From Lepidodermella squamata (taxonomy: Eukaryota > Animalia > Gastrotricha): DNA of 64,000 bases. The stretch spans positions 682,001 through 746,000 of the forward strand of contig JBLDXI010000038.1 of the NCBI GenBank assembly GCA_047495785.1, written 5' to 3'. Made by a program: the position numbers and the translations under genes. Under the pieces are notes generated by a model, which was not told the DNA's origin, ran no database searches, and saw only the letters and a program-made list of their open reading frames with translations. This document shows positions 40,271 to 50,617 of this stretch, one piece after another (positions within the stretch are counted from its first letter, which is position 1; each line of letters starts with the position of its first letter).

Positions 40271-41960
40271 ATTTAGGAATACCTATTTGAATGTGTGATC
40301 TTTAGGGAATCATTTGGCCGTGACGAGTGTTTCGATTTAAAATGGAAAATCTATTGCTGCATGGCGAATAAACCTTGGCCTGACCTAGCGGTGGATTGCG
40401 GTTGGTGTAATCAAGACTTTCTTACCATATCGCTTATAACGGTACGACATATATTACCATCACTATTGTTCATTTGATTAAAAGCCCCCTCGAATAATAG
40501 CCCGATTGTTCCACTATTTTTCGAGTTCGGAAACGATTGGTATCCCAGGGTACTATTCGATAAAATACGGTATTAGAGGAACCCGTTGATCAAAAGTGAT
40601 GGTTTTCAAGGGTGTTCTTGAAAGAGAATCTCAAATCTAAGTAACAAATAACTATGCAGAAAACATAAAATCTAGGGCTCTAATTCAATTCACCGATCAA
40701 ATTGCTCCTTGACGAACTCGACAAGACAGGCGGCTTGACGAGTGGCTCTGGTGGGCTCGAGTTTGCGCACGATGCTGCTAGTGTCGTTTGAGGCTTTAAT
40801 GCGGCGATGGAGGAACGTGCGTTAACCAGTGGTGTTTACGTTCGGCTCGCTGGCAAGCTGCCAGTATCATTGAAGCGCGTTCTAGTGAAGCTAACGATGT
40901 CCCTCGAGAAGGCTTCTATCAGCAGGTGGGGCGCTTCGCCGTGCAGGAACTGCCACATGAGTTGGATAACGTGCACGTTTCTTCGTCCGCGGAGCGAAAA
41001 CCATTGAAGGTCCCAGAGTAGTGAGTCAACGGGGAACTGTGCAGCATGGCTCGGATTCCAGCTCGTTAAGCTTTATCCAGCACGCCTAGCACAACATCGC
41101 AGAAGCCGAAGTTGAAGCAGCCAGGGTTGGCTCAGAATGATAACGCTGAGAAGATATTAATAACAATAATAACCCTCGTCTGTTGGAGCTCCAACTCCGC
41201 TCCAACTCCGGCTCAATATAATCAAAAGCTTCGAAACATGTTGAGGTGAAGAAGAACCAGATATTATTCCCAGCAACTGATCAATAGACGAATTCAACTG
41301 AAGGATTCCAATACGACCGAGCAGATTAAGATGTGCAGAAACATAAAACAAAACGTCCGAAGCGTTTTGCCGACAAGAAACGCCGGCAAGACGACTTTGC
41401 CCAAACAGGTATCGAGTGATTCCGTGCACTTGCGAATCTCGTGTCGCAGGGTTTAAGAGCATGAGAACCGATTTGCTTCCAAACTCAGTCGAAATATATT
41501 TCACCCCACAGCCACAGTCAATTTCGAGCTGGACTAACTGATTTGACACCAATAACGATTGAAAATGGCGTCAATTGAGTTCGATTCACCATCTATCGAA
41601 TTGTCGGGTTAAGTAACAGTAAATGTGTGTTGATCCCAGCCCATTGACGACCAAGACAAGCCGCTTGAATATGACACAGCTAGTGACAAAATTTCAAGAA
41701 CAAAGCAGTCAGCCGGGTGAAAACGAGCGGCGAAGAGTCTAGCCCGTCCAATGACACAGAAAGCGTAAGCAAGGACAATTCAATGAAAAATAACAAATTA
41801 CCCGTCATGCACAGAGACAGGCGGATGGCGAACCGGGCAATGGGTGAAATCGAAAAGTAAAATGTGTTCTAAAAAACAACAACAGTAAAAAATAGTTACA
41901 TAGTACTCTCAAGCTTTCAACTAAGAGGCAGTTAGAATTTGGTAGAAGCTTAGCAGCACT

Positions 41961-42797
41961 TCATACTTTGAGGAACATACCAGGGTCGAGCTCAGCCATG
42001 CAGTTGATCAAATCATGGCCATCCGCCCAGAACGATGCATTGCATTTCAAAGTGGGCTCGTCGTCTGAAAACTCAGGCGTATTCATGTGCTTTTCGATAA
42101 CGGAATGAAGTGTAAAACCACTTCGAGCGAAAACGTGGTGTTTCTTCGAAGGAAGTTGCACTGCGGCACACCAATCGTTCCAACCATCACCGACATACCA
42201 AACCTCGGGCTCGCCAAAACTTTCAAACTCTTGCATCCAATTTGCAATCTCAGAACCTGAAATTCGAAAGAAATTCTGGTTCTGTTCGATTAATTCCCGC
42301 AAAAAGTAACCTTTGCATAGATTGGTATTGCATCGTTTAGAAGGGCATGTTCCTGCTGTGGCTCTTTCCGATAAACTATCAACAGTGCTTAGCTTCAAAT
42401 GTCCATGCTCGTCGAATTCCGCGTGATTAGTCACAATTGATGCGAAGTATTTCTGCAAACCATTTGCTTCTAACGATGTCTCGATGAAAAATTTATTCGC
42501 ATCCGACAGGATCATCAACTTGTGATCTGGCAATGAACCCAGTTTCCGAATCAACTCCGGGATACCGGCGATGAATGGCAGCGATCCAAGGGCCTTTCGC
42601 AAATCTTCTTGTTTCACGGAGTGTTTCTTATGAAGTTCGTCCAACAGTTCGTTCAATTGGTGAATCCACAGTCCTTTGTAATCCTTCCGAGGGCTTCGGC
42701 CGCCAAGCAAAGGAAAAATTGAGTCGCTATCGACATCAATCAGCGTGTAATCAAAATCGAATATAACAAGGCGTTTGCAGAAATTTTCTGAACTCAT
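41961..42797 (-). CDS. PHOSPHO-like HAD phosphatase paralogue B; intron 42257-42310 (54 nt, in frame, stop-free)
   Basis: DFDYT, LSDAN, NLCKG|SEI, GDGWND; GT..TTTCAG intron at the same position as in D and E. Confidence 0.92.
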   Translation of the reverse strand: MSSENFCKRLVIFDFDYTLIDVDSDSIFPLLGGRSPRKDYKGLWIHQLNELLDELHKKHSVKQEDLRKALGSLPFIAGIPELIRKLGSLPDHKLMILSDANKFFIETSLEANGLQKYFASIVTNHAEFDEHGHLKLSTVDSLSERATAGTCPSKRCNTNLCKGYFLRELIEQNQNFFRISGSEIANWMQEFESFGEPEVWYVGDGWNDWCAAVQLPSKKHHVFARSGFTLHSVIEKHMNTPEFSDDEPTLKCNASFWADGHDLINCMAELDPGMFLKV

Positions 42798-42979
42798 AAC
42801 TTCAAATATTCTAGAAAAGAAGAGTTAATAAATTCAGATAAATTTATCACAACTAAAGCACCGGTGCATTCAAAACAATATCCATAAAATATTTTAGGAA
42901 GTCTTGAGTGAGATCGCATCCATTTTTGAGGAAGCGGCTAGAATAACAATAAAAATACAGCTAGCACAGATTTGAAATT

Positions 42980-43753
42980 CTAGTTAGGTAAACAAGATTC
43001 GTCAATTTTAGCCATTCTTTTGGCCAACTCGTGACCATCTTTCCAAAACGAGGTACTGCAGCGGATTATTGACGAGCTCTTCGATCGTTTTTGAAGCATA
43101 GTTTCAAGAGCGTAACCTGATCGAGCGAAGACAAAATGCCGCTTTGAGGGTAATTGGACCGCAGCACAGTAATCGTTCCAACCATCGCCAACAAACCAAA
43201 CGTCAACATCAGCACCCAGCTCCGCCTTCAAACTATCGATTATGTGTTGAATTTCAGAGCCTTTGCACAGGTTATCGGAACATTTGCGAGTCGGGCAGGT
43301 CCCGGCTTTGGCACGAGTCGACTGTTCGTGGCCTGGTCGCAACTTCAAACGGCCATTTTCATCGAATTCTGCATGGTTCGTGATAATAGCGCGGAAATAC
43401 TTGCGAAGATCATGAGCACTCAGTAGAGTATCGATGAAAAGTGTATTGGCATCGGACATTATTATCAAATGTTGATCTGGCACTTGACCCAGACGTCGTA
43501 TTCAGTCGGGCATGCCTTCGACAAACGGTAGTTGTAGAACGGCACGACTGAAATCTGCCTCTTTTACTTTATATTTCGAATGAAGTCTTTCGAACAGGAC
43601 GTTGGTGTGATCAAGCCACGATTTGTTGCCACGTGGCAGGGTTTCTTCAATATCACCATTTGTCAACATCGGCATGACTTCAAAGTAGCAATTGCAGTCG
43701 ATCAGTGTGTTGTCAAAATCGAATATAACCACTCTTTTCAACGACATTTTCAA
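42980..43753 (-). pseudogene. PHOSPHO-like paralogue C, intronless, with a single in-frame TGA at 43502-43504
   Basis: The two track ORFs are in the same frame (GAC TGA ATA CGA CGT CTG GGT CAA GTG); TGA aligns to Leu of GIPELIRKLG in the paralogues; DFDNT, SDAN and GDGWND are intact. Confidence 0.85.
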
Positions 43754-43828
43754 TAAAATCTAGAAATGTCAAAATAAGCTAATTATTCTCTAGAATAAGA
43801 GGCCATGACAATAGAAAGGGAAGGGAAA

Positions 43829-44669
43829 CTAGTTTTCGTTCAATTCAGGGTCAAGTTTGGCCATGCACTCTAACAGCTGGTGCCCGTCGTCCCAAAACGA
43901 GGCATTGCACTTCAAGTAAGGCTCGCTACAATCAGTATTTTCTCGCATAGTTATCATTTTATGCAACTGATAGCCTTTTCTAGCAAAAACATGGTGCTTA
44001 GTCGAGGGTAATTGAATAGCAGCGCACCAGTCATTCCAACCGTCACCAACGTACCAAATTTCAGGCTCGCCAATTTTCTCATACTCCTGCAATAAGCTAT
44101 CGACTTCTGAGCCTGATGAGAATAACATCGCTATAAATAAAGACTTTCGAAGATTGCTGGAGCAAACCTTTGCAAAGATTATCCGGGCATTCGCGAGTTT
44201 GACATATCCCGGCTCTAGCTCGCTTTTGCATCTCAGGAACCGGGCTCAGAATCAAATGACCATTGATGTCAAACTCCGCATGATTTGACAAGATGCGCGA
44301 GAAATATTTCAGTAAACCATTCGACTCCAGTGCAGTTTCAATGAAGTACTTGTTAGCATCTGAAAGCACCATCAAACGATTTTCTGATTGACTGCCAAGT
44401 TTCCTAATCAGTGCAGGGATTCCAGGAATGAGAGGCAATTTCTTCAATGCGGCGTCATAGTCTTCCTTCCCGACTTGATGGTTGCCGTGAAGTTCTTTCA
44501 ATGCCTTATTTACCACGAGAAGCCAAGATCCTCCAGTCCAAGCCCCCTTGAACAAATTTTCTCTAGCTAGATCTGACAAAATTGAATGGCTGTCAATGTT
44601 GGTGAGGGTGTGATCGAAATCGAAAATAACCAGACGCTTGCAAATGTTTGATAACCGTTTGGCAGCCAT
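43829..44669 (-). CDS. PHOSPHO-like paralogue D; intron 44113-44167
   Basis: DFDHT, LSDAN, CPDNLCKG|SEV, GDGWND; splicing restores the frame. Confidence 0.92.
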
Positions 44670-44924
44670 ATCAATCGAATATATTTGTAATATCGACTAT
44701 AATTAAATTAATATATTAAATACCAACTAATTATGAGTATTGTTGAAAGCGTGCTGCAGAAGATTCGAGCATAAAATGAATCAGCATAGTAAAATTCACG
44801 ATTTCTGATTTAACATGAAAGAATTGTAAAACAAAAGAAACCCGGCACCAGAGGCAAAAATACCCAAAAGATCCCAGTTTAAAGCTAACGGCACAGTTTT
44901 CGGAATAATAATGACAACTGGAGA

Positions 44925-45793
44925 TCAAGATTTCGGAAGAGCTAATTTAGGGTCCAATTCGGCCATGATAGCGGCAAGTTCATAACCGTCGCTCCACAGC
45001 GAGATGTTGCATTTCAGTTGTTGTCGAGACCGCGAAGCTTCGCGCTTGAGCAAATCATCGAGTTCAAATCCTCGACGAGCGAAAATTCTGTGACGATCGG
45101 AGGGCAAACTAAGAGCGGCACAGTAGTCGTTTGTTCCATCCCCTACATACCAAATATCGGGTTCGTTGCCTAAACCATAATTTTCGATGATATGGTGAAC
45201 TTCAGATCCTGAAGAAGAAAAATACAGCGTTTTAAACTGAGTGTCTGCTCGTAAATATTGTAATGACGGAAATTACCTTTGCAAATGTGACGTAAACAAA
45301 GTTTAGAAAAGCATGAGCCTGAAGTCGCACGTGATGCCTGTTCTGGGACTGGTATCATCCGCATACAGCCACTCTCGTCAAAAAATCCTTGATTCGCGAT
45401 AATTTGACTGAAAAACTTTCGCAAATTCTTGCTTTCAAGAGCTTGATCAATGAAGAAACCATTGGCATCTGAAAGCACCATTAACTCGTGATCGTTCTGT
45501 TTCCCCAGCGTTTCAATCACTTGGGAAATTCCGGCAGTGAACGGCAATGTTTTCAGCGTGTTACAAATTTCGGTCTTGCCAATGGGATACTTTGATTTCA
45601 AATACTTGAAAATTTCATTTGAATAGTCCAACCAAGTTCCCGAGCTATATTCAACTGGTACATCTTCTCCATTTGTTATTGTCTCGATCACGTGGTAATT
45701 TGTGAAAGCATCGGCTAGAGTGTGGTCGAAGTCGAAAATTACGAGGCGTCTAGGCTTAGAAAACACCTCTTTCATCAAATTCAAAAAATCCAT
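44925..45793 (-). CDS. PHOSPHO-like paralogue E; intron 45209-45276
   Basis: DFDHT, LSDAN, HICKG|SEVHHII..WYVGDGTNDYC; splicing joins the 207-aa and 60-aa ORFs. Confidence 0.92.
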
Positions 45794-46215
45794 CTAAGAA
45801 ACAAGAGGGCGCCAGTCGATTACAATTATTATTAGTTTGCAATACATTTCTTTTTACTTCAAGCACATGAGAAACTTTGTAGAAACAATGAACATATTTT
45901 TGAATCGGTTTTTTCAGAAAAAAGCGCACACGAAAAACGAAATATGATCGCGGAGAACAAATCGCGACTAGGAGAAATTGATGAGAGAAGGCGATCCGAA
46001 CCGCATGCAAAACTAAGTAAAACCCGCGAATGTAGACAGATCAAATTATTCAATCAACCAGCTAATTTCAAATCTAGCAACCAGCCCGAGGCAATCTGTC
46101 CTTGTCAGATAATTTGTTCTCCGAGACTCCGCGGACACAACGTTGATTCAATTTCTTATAGATGACTTAATCAACAGTCAATAGCTTCACATTACTCTAC
46201 CACAAAACCCAACCG

Positions 46216-47418
46216 TTAAGATTGCGACTGGTCCTTCGGGCTCGGAGACGACTCACCCGCAGCGTTGAGGGCAGTGGATTCGGACTCCGGCGGGCTGCTC
46301 GATAGCGCAGTTTGAGATGACTGAGACGCGCCACCGATCGTTGGAATGTTAACGTCATCACTTTGGCTAGCCCCGTTGCTACCCGTGTCCTTTTCGTCTT
46401 TCTTGGGTAACTCCTTCTCTTTGCTGCCTTCCTTCGAGCTGGCATCTGAGCTTGACGCCGCAGTGTTTGACTCAGCCGCAGCTTTTGCGTTTTCAGCCGC
46501 AGTCTTCGCGGCGGCTGCAGCTGCTGCTGCTGCCGCTGCGTTCTTAGCGTTATTTGCACTGGCCAAAGCCGAAAGAGAAGCAGATGAATTCGAATTGTAA
46601 GAGGTGAGAGAGGGCGGTAAAGAATTCGAGTAAGAAGCAGGGCTCAAGCCATACAGTTGACCACAGTACATCGAATCATCAATATTACCCTCGAAAAACA
46701 GTTGTTTGAGTTTGAAAAACGCTTCACCGGTCATCAATGAGTCGGAACCGGCGGTATGTTGAGGACCCTTACGCTGGATTTCCAAATTGTTCGCGAGTTC
46801 CTGCAAACCACCACGCAACGTACGACAGCTCTTCATGATAAACTTGGCATCGTACAAGAACGGAAAGTAGATTCGCAAGAGCTCGAAGAACTCTTCATCT
46901 GAATCAGGCAGCCGTTGATTGGTCATGATTTTAATCATATAACCAAAATCATAGCCACTGTGAAACGAAAGCCATTTCACCCGCTTAGAAAGAACTAGCC
47001 CAGAGGTGATCAGTAGTTCACAGAAATCATCTGGATGAATACCAGAATGAGCAAGCCGAGGAAATTGAATACCACTGTTTTCCAGGAGTGCTACTGATTG
47101 CACACTGCTCATGTCCGAGGCTTGATTGAAGAAAAAATTGAACTGCCAAGAACAAACAGGTGAAGGGGTTTCTCCGTTTTCGTTAAAAAAAGTTAGGCCG
47201 ATTTGAATGACTTTTGTCAAATCAACGTTGACTTTCATGTTGTAGTATTGATATTCTGCAGCGCTTTTGAATGTACCATACGGCTTGGCAACACAACCGG
47301 GAAATTCAGTATCCATAGCAATGTATGGATAGTCATTCATGATACGACGGATATTTCGAAACTCTTGATACAAATTTTCGTACCACACATCAACGATTGT
47401 GTTGGGGCTATAGGTCAT
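46216..47418 (-). CDS. CNOT7: CCR4-NOT deadenylase subunit CAF1 (CNOT7/8) with an Ala/Ser-rich C-terminal extension; coding region intronless
   Basis: DEDD motifs AMDTEFPG, FHSGYDFGY, GGLQELA, GPQHTAGSDSL. Confidence 0.95.
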   Translation of the reverse strand: MTYSPNTIVDVWYENLYQEFRNIRRIMNDYPYIAMDTEFPGCVAKPYGTFKSAAEYQYYNMKVNVDLTKVIQIGLTFFNENGETPSPVCSWQFNFFFNQASDMSSVQSVALLENSGIQFPRLAHSGIHPDDFCELLITSGLVLSKRVKWLSFHSGYDFGYMIKIMTNQRLPDSDEEFFELLRIYFPFLYDAKFIMKSCRTLRGGLQELANNLEIQRKGPQHTAGSDSLMTGEAFFKLKQLFFEGNIDDSMYCGQLYGLSPASYSNSLPPSLTSYNSNSSASLSALASANNAKNAAAAAAAAAAAKTAAENAKAAAESNTAASSSDASSKEGSKEKELPKKDEKDTGSNGASQSDDVNIPTIGGASQSSQTALSSSPPESESTALNAAGESSPSPKDQSQS

Positions 47419-50400
47419 TTTTTAAAATGATTTTCAGCTTTTATTAAAAAATTCTAAAAGAAGAAATAAATCAAATAATCTCTCAGGTAGAAAACAGTTA
47501 CAGATAACAAGATGAGTTGGTAGCCATAGATGGATAAATTCAATCATTATTCACTAAAGATTACTAAAATAGATCTGAAGATTGCTTTAAGAACTAAGGC
47601 ATAACGCATACATGCCGACCAATTAACGGTCAACGTTCAGCTAGTAAGGGATGTAAATCTACAACTTAAATCTTGAATAAATCTAGAGCAAAAGTAACGT
47701 TGCTTGCCAATTACTCTTTTATCAGTGCTACAAGGCAAATAAAACATAAGCGACAACCTAAATGTGAAGGGTATAGGGTATAGTGGCAGGTGCCAGAAGA
47801 ATGTAGATAGCCAATTGAGTGAACGAGACAAGGAACGCTAGAGACAAATAAAACAGGTCAAAATCTAAACTTAGAAGTTTACTGCGAGCATACGCATACA
47901 TCAACGATTAACGGAAACGGGAAACGATTGGGCTAGGGGCTTGTTTGCATATTCACCGTAGCCATGCCAGCATTGAAGTCCTATATGCACTCTCGGCTTT
48001 AGCAACTTAAAACTTAGGGTGAGGTGAAAGATGCAAGAAGCTCGAAACTCGAAACTCAGCTTCGATCTCATAAGTCGGGCGGGGGCTACTGTCAAAACTT
48101 CATTATTTCGTTTTTGCGCTAAGATTTATTTTTCATACATGTTTATATTAAAATTATACAGAAAATAGACGTGTTAACTTTTAAAAAGCTTTACATTTTA
48201 CGGTAATTAATTTTTATAAATTCTCTGGATATCGAGGGTGTGGGAGCTCGTCATTTCCCGGGATCACCTAGGTCGTTGAAGTTAGCCAGAACCGGTGTGT
48301 ACCGAACTTAGCCAGAACGTGAAGCCGGTGAGCTATGGTCTCAAACCCGACTTGGCTGAAGATAGCTGATCGAGCTGAGTTGGCTAATGGAAAGAATTAC
48401 TCAAAAAGTCGTTTCCAAACAAATGATATGTCAGGTTAAAGTGGGAGACAGGGTACCCGGCACGCGGCGAGCACTTTAAACCTGTTTTTCTCGAGTTAGA
48501 AGCGTTTTAAAAATAAAATAAAATAATATTTATATATTATTCGGCGAGATTATTCGGGCATTGCCTCTTGTAAATAATTCTCCAAACTAGTCTTTTGGTA
48601 GCTTTCTTGCTACGACGGCGTTTGTGGGCTTCGCTGAGTGAGTGGAAAAGCCACCTGGGCGCTGATGCCTGGGCCCTGGAGAAACAGTCAGCAATAACTA
48701 GAGTACCAGGGGTAGGGATTTCAATTAAGTAGTTAGTAAACCAGTTCAAACTTTCCTAGAGCGTAAGCTCGCGATTTTCTCACAAGCTCCGCCTTATGGC
48801 GAAAGCTTGAGTCCGTCAGGGCGAGGAGAAATCGTAATTCCTGATCCTGATCCTGATCCTGAGATAATTTTTTTGAGCTATAATTTATTCAATTAGCTCA
48901 GATTGCATTTTTCGCCGTTTTTCGCCCGACATTTGTTGCTAGGGCGACGTTTTGAGGTTGCATACCGAGTTTTTAATGCTCAGGTCAGCGGCTAAGACAG
49001 CATTCAGTCCTAATTAATAGGAGCAATATGAATCTTGCATTTTGCAGACGTCTTCCATAGAAAATCATGATATCACGCTCTCTCATCCTGTTTTACTTGT
49101 GTTTTGGTTGATTATATGGAAAGTTCAACACTTTTACTATATTAGCAGCTTTACTCCGACGTCATTTGGCTTACAGCCAGAACCTATGGTGGTAAACCAG
49201 AGCATTTATCTGAAGTTCTGAAGACTATAAGAGCATTATAAGCTCTTTCTTTATTCACCTGTATATTTTTTCTTGATTTCATGTAGCCAAAAACATTGCA
49301 GCCAGCTAGAAAACAGTCGATTGCCTACTATCGTTTTTGCTACTGCAAATTCGCCCATCCGGAACCTTAGCTATGTAGCCGGAACGCTTAGCTGACTTCC
49401 TAGACACTTATTTTGCAACGCTAGTGCAGATTTTATCTATTCCAATGCTTAGCGCTGTTATTAGGCACGCCGGAACGACGGGTTAGACCTGGTTTGTTGC
49501 AGGATGTCCTCAAACAGTTAGCGTTGAACAATCGTCCATCCAGACCCTTAGCTGGTGAGCCGGAACGTTTAGCTGAAGCTGTCAGCACTTGAACTACTTT
49601 ATTTTATCAAAATTGATACTTGTATGCGCTGAATTATGTGTTTTGCTGCTTCTAAATCGCAGGCCGCAGCTACCAAATGCTCAAACATGTGATGTCAGCT
49701 AGCTCAGCCTTTAGCTCGGTAGCTCAAAAGTCTGAATGAAATTATTATCACTTTTCCCTATGATCTGCATCTTTGTATGTATTTTAAAGCGTAAAACGCG
49801 CTGAATGATAGAGTTGACCGGGTATATAACTCCGTCAGTTAGCTGAACTTGATGCTGATGAGCGAGCAGCATTTCTATATATCAAAATTGAAGTCTCATG
49901 TGATTTTAGACGTTAGACGTTAGAATTGAAACAAGAATTGCGTTGATTGATTCAATTTTCAGCTTCTTAGAGCTTTTAGAGTTTTAAAAGAGTTTGTGTT
50001 GGTATCACATTAATTTATCTTCATAATTGGTCGATGGATGCACACGATGACTGCCAGGTATGCAGTTTCTAGATGTTTTTGAATTTCTTATTTATTTATT
50101 TTACTCAGAGCATAATATGAACCGGATGCTCTCTATCATTGGCGTTGATCAAAGCTTGTTTTTTTCCTTCGCGTTGCCGCATGAAGAAGAAATCAGCAAA
50201 AAAAGAAATTTCAGGTATCAACAATTATTGCTCAATTTAATACGGCTTTATTCTGCCCTGCTTAGACTTCTGCTAATCACCAGTTAACGATGCGGCGAAA
50301 ATACTTGAATAGAGGTAACGGCAAACTTGATGTCGAGTTTTGATTTCATTTTTCTGCATTTTCAGGTCTCATTTTCGAATTTGACATCCTTGATGTCTGC

Positions 50401-50617
50401 CGCCTAACATCGGCAATAAGCTGACTTTTTAACGGAAACTTATCGTATTTACCGCCATTTTAATTCGAGCTTTTGACTGCATTCCTGGTCATATGTTTCA
50501 ATTTCCCAATAAAGCGTATGAAAAGAACACTTTTGTTACGAAAAATGCAAATTTATTTGATCGGCACAGTAAGAATTGGCGTAAAAAATCATGCAAATTA
50601 ATGAGGTGGCACTGGGA

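Larger units (their letters stand above)
37870..40570. mobile_element. pogo-like TIR element enlarged by nested LINE fragments
   Basis: TA-CC(T)TATTTTATCGA...TCGATAAAATACGG-TA; GAATAATAGCCC subterminal repeats; the left end is also present at 22101. Confidence 0.6.

Noticed and set aside
43502-43504. Selenocysteine codon in PHOSPHO-C
   Set aside because: The position aligns to Leu, not Cys, and no SECIS is recognisable.
41961-45793. Bacterial operon or horizontal transfer of the phosphatase cluster
   Set aside because: Spliceosomal introns and eukaryotic PHOSPHO-type CxxNLCKG motifs are present.
48839-48862. (CCTGAT)4 as a telomeric or functional repeat
   Set aside because: Too short and not a recognised telomere unit.
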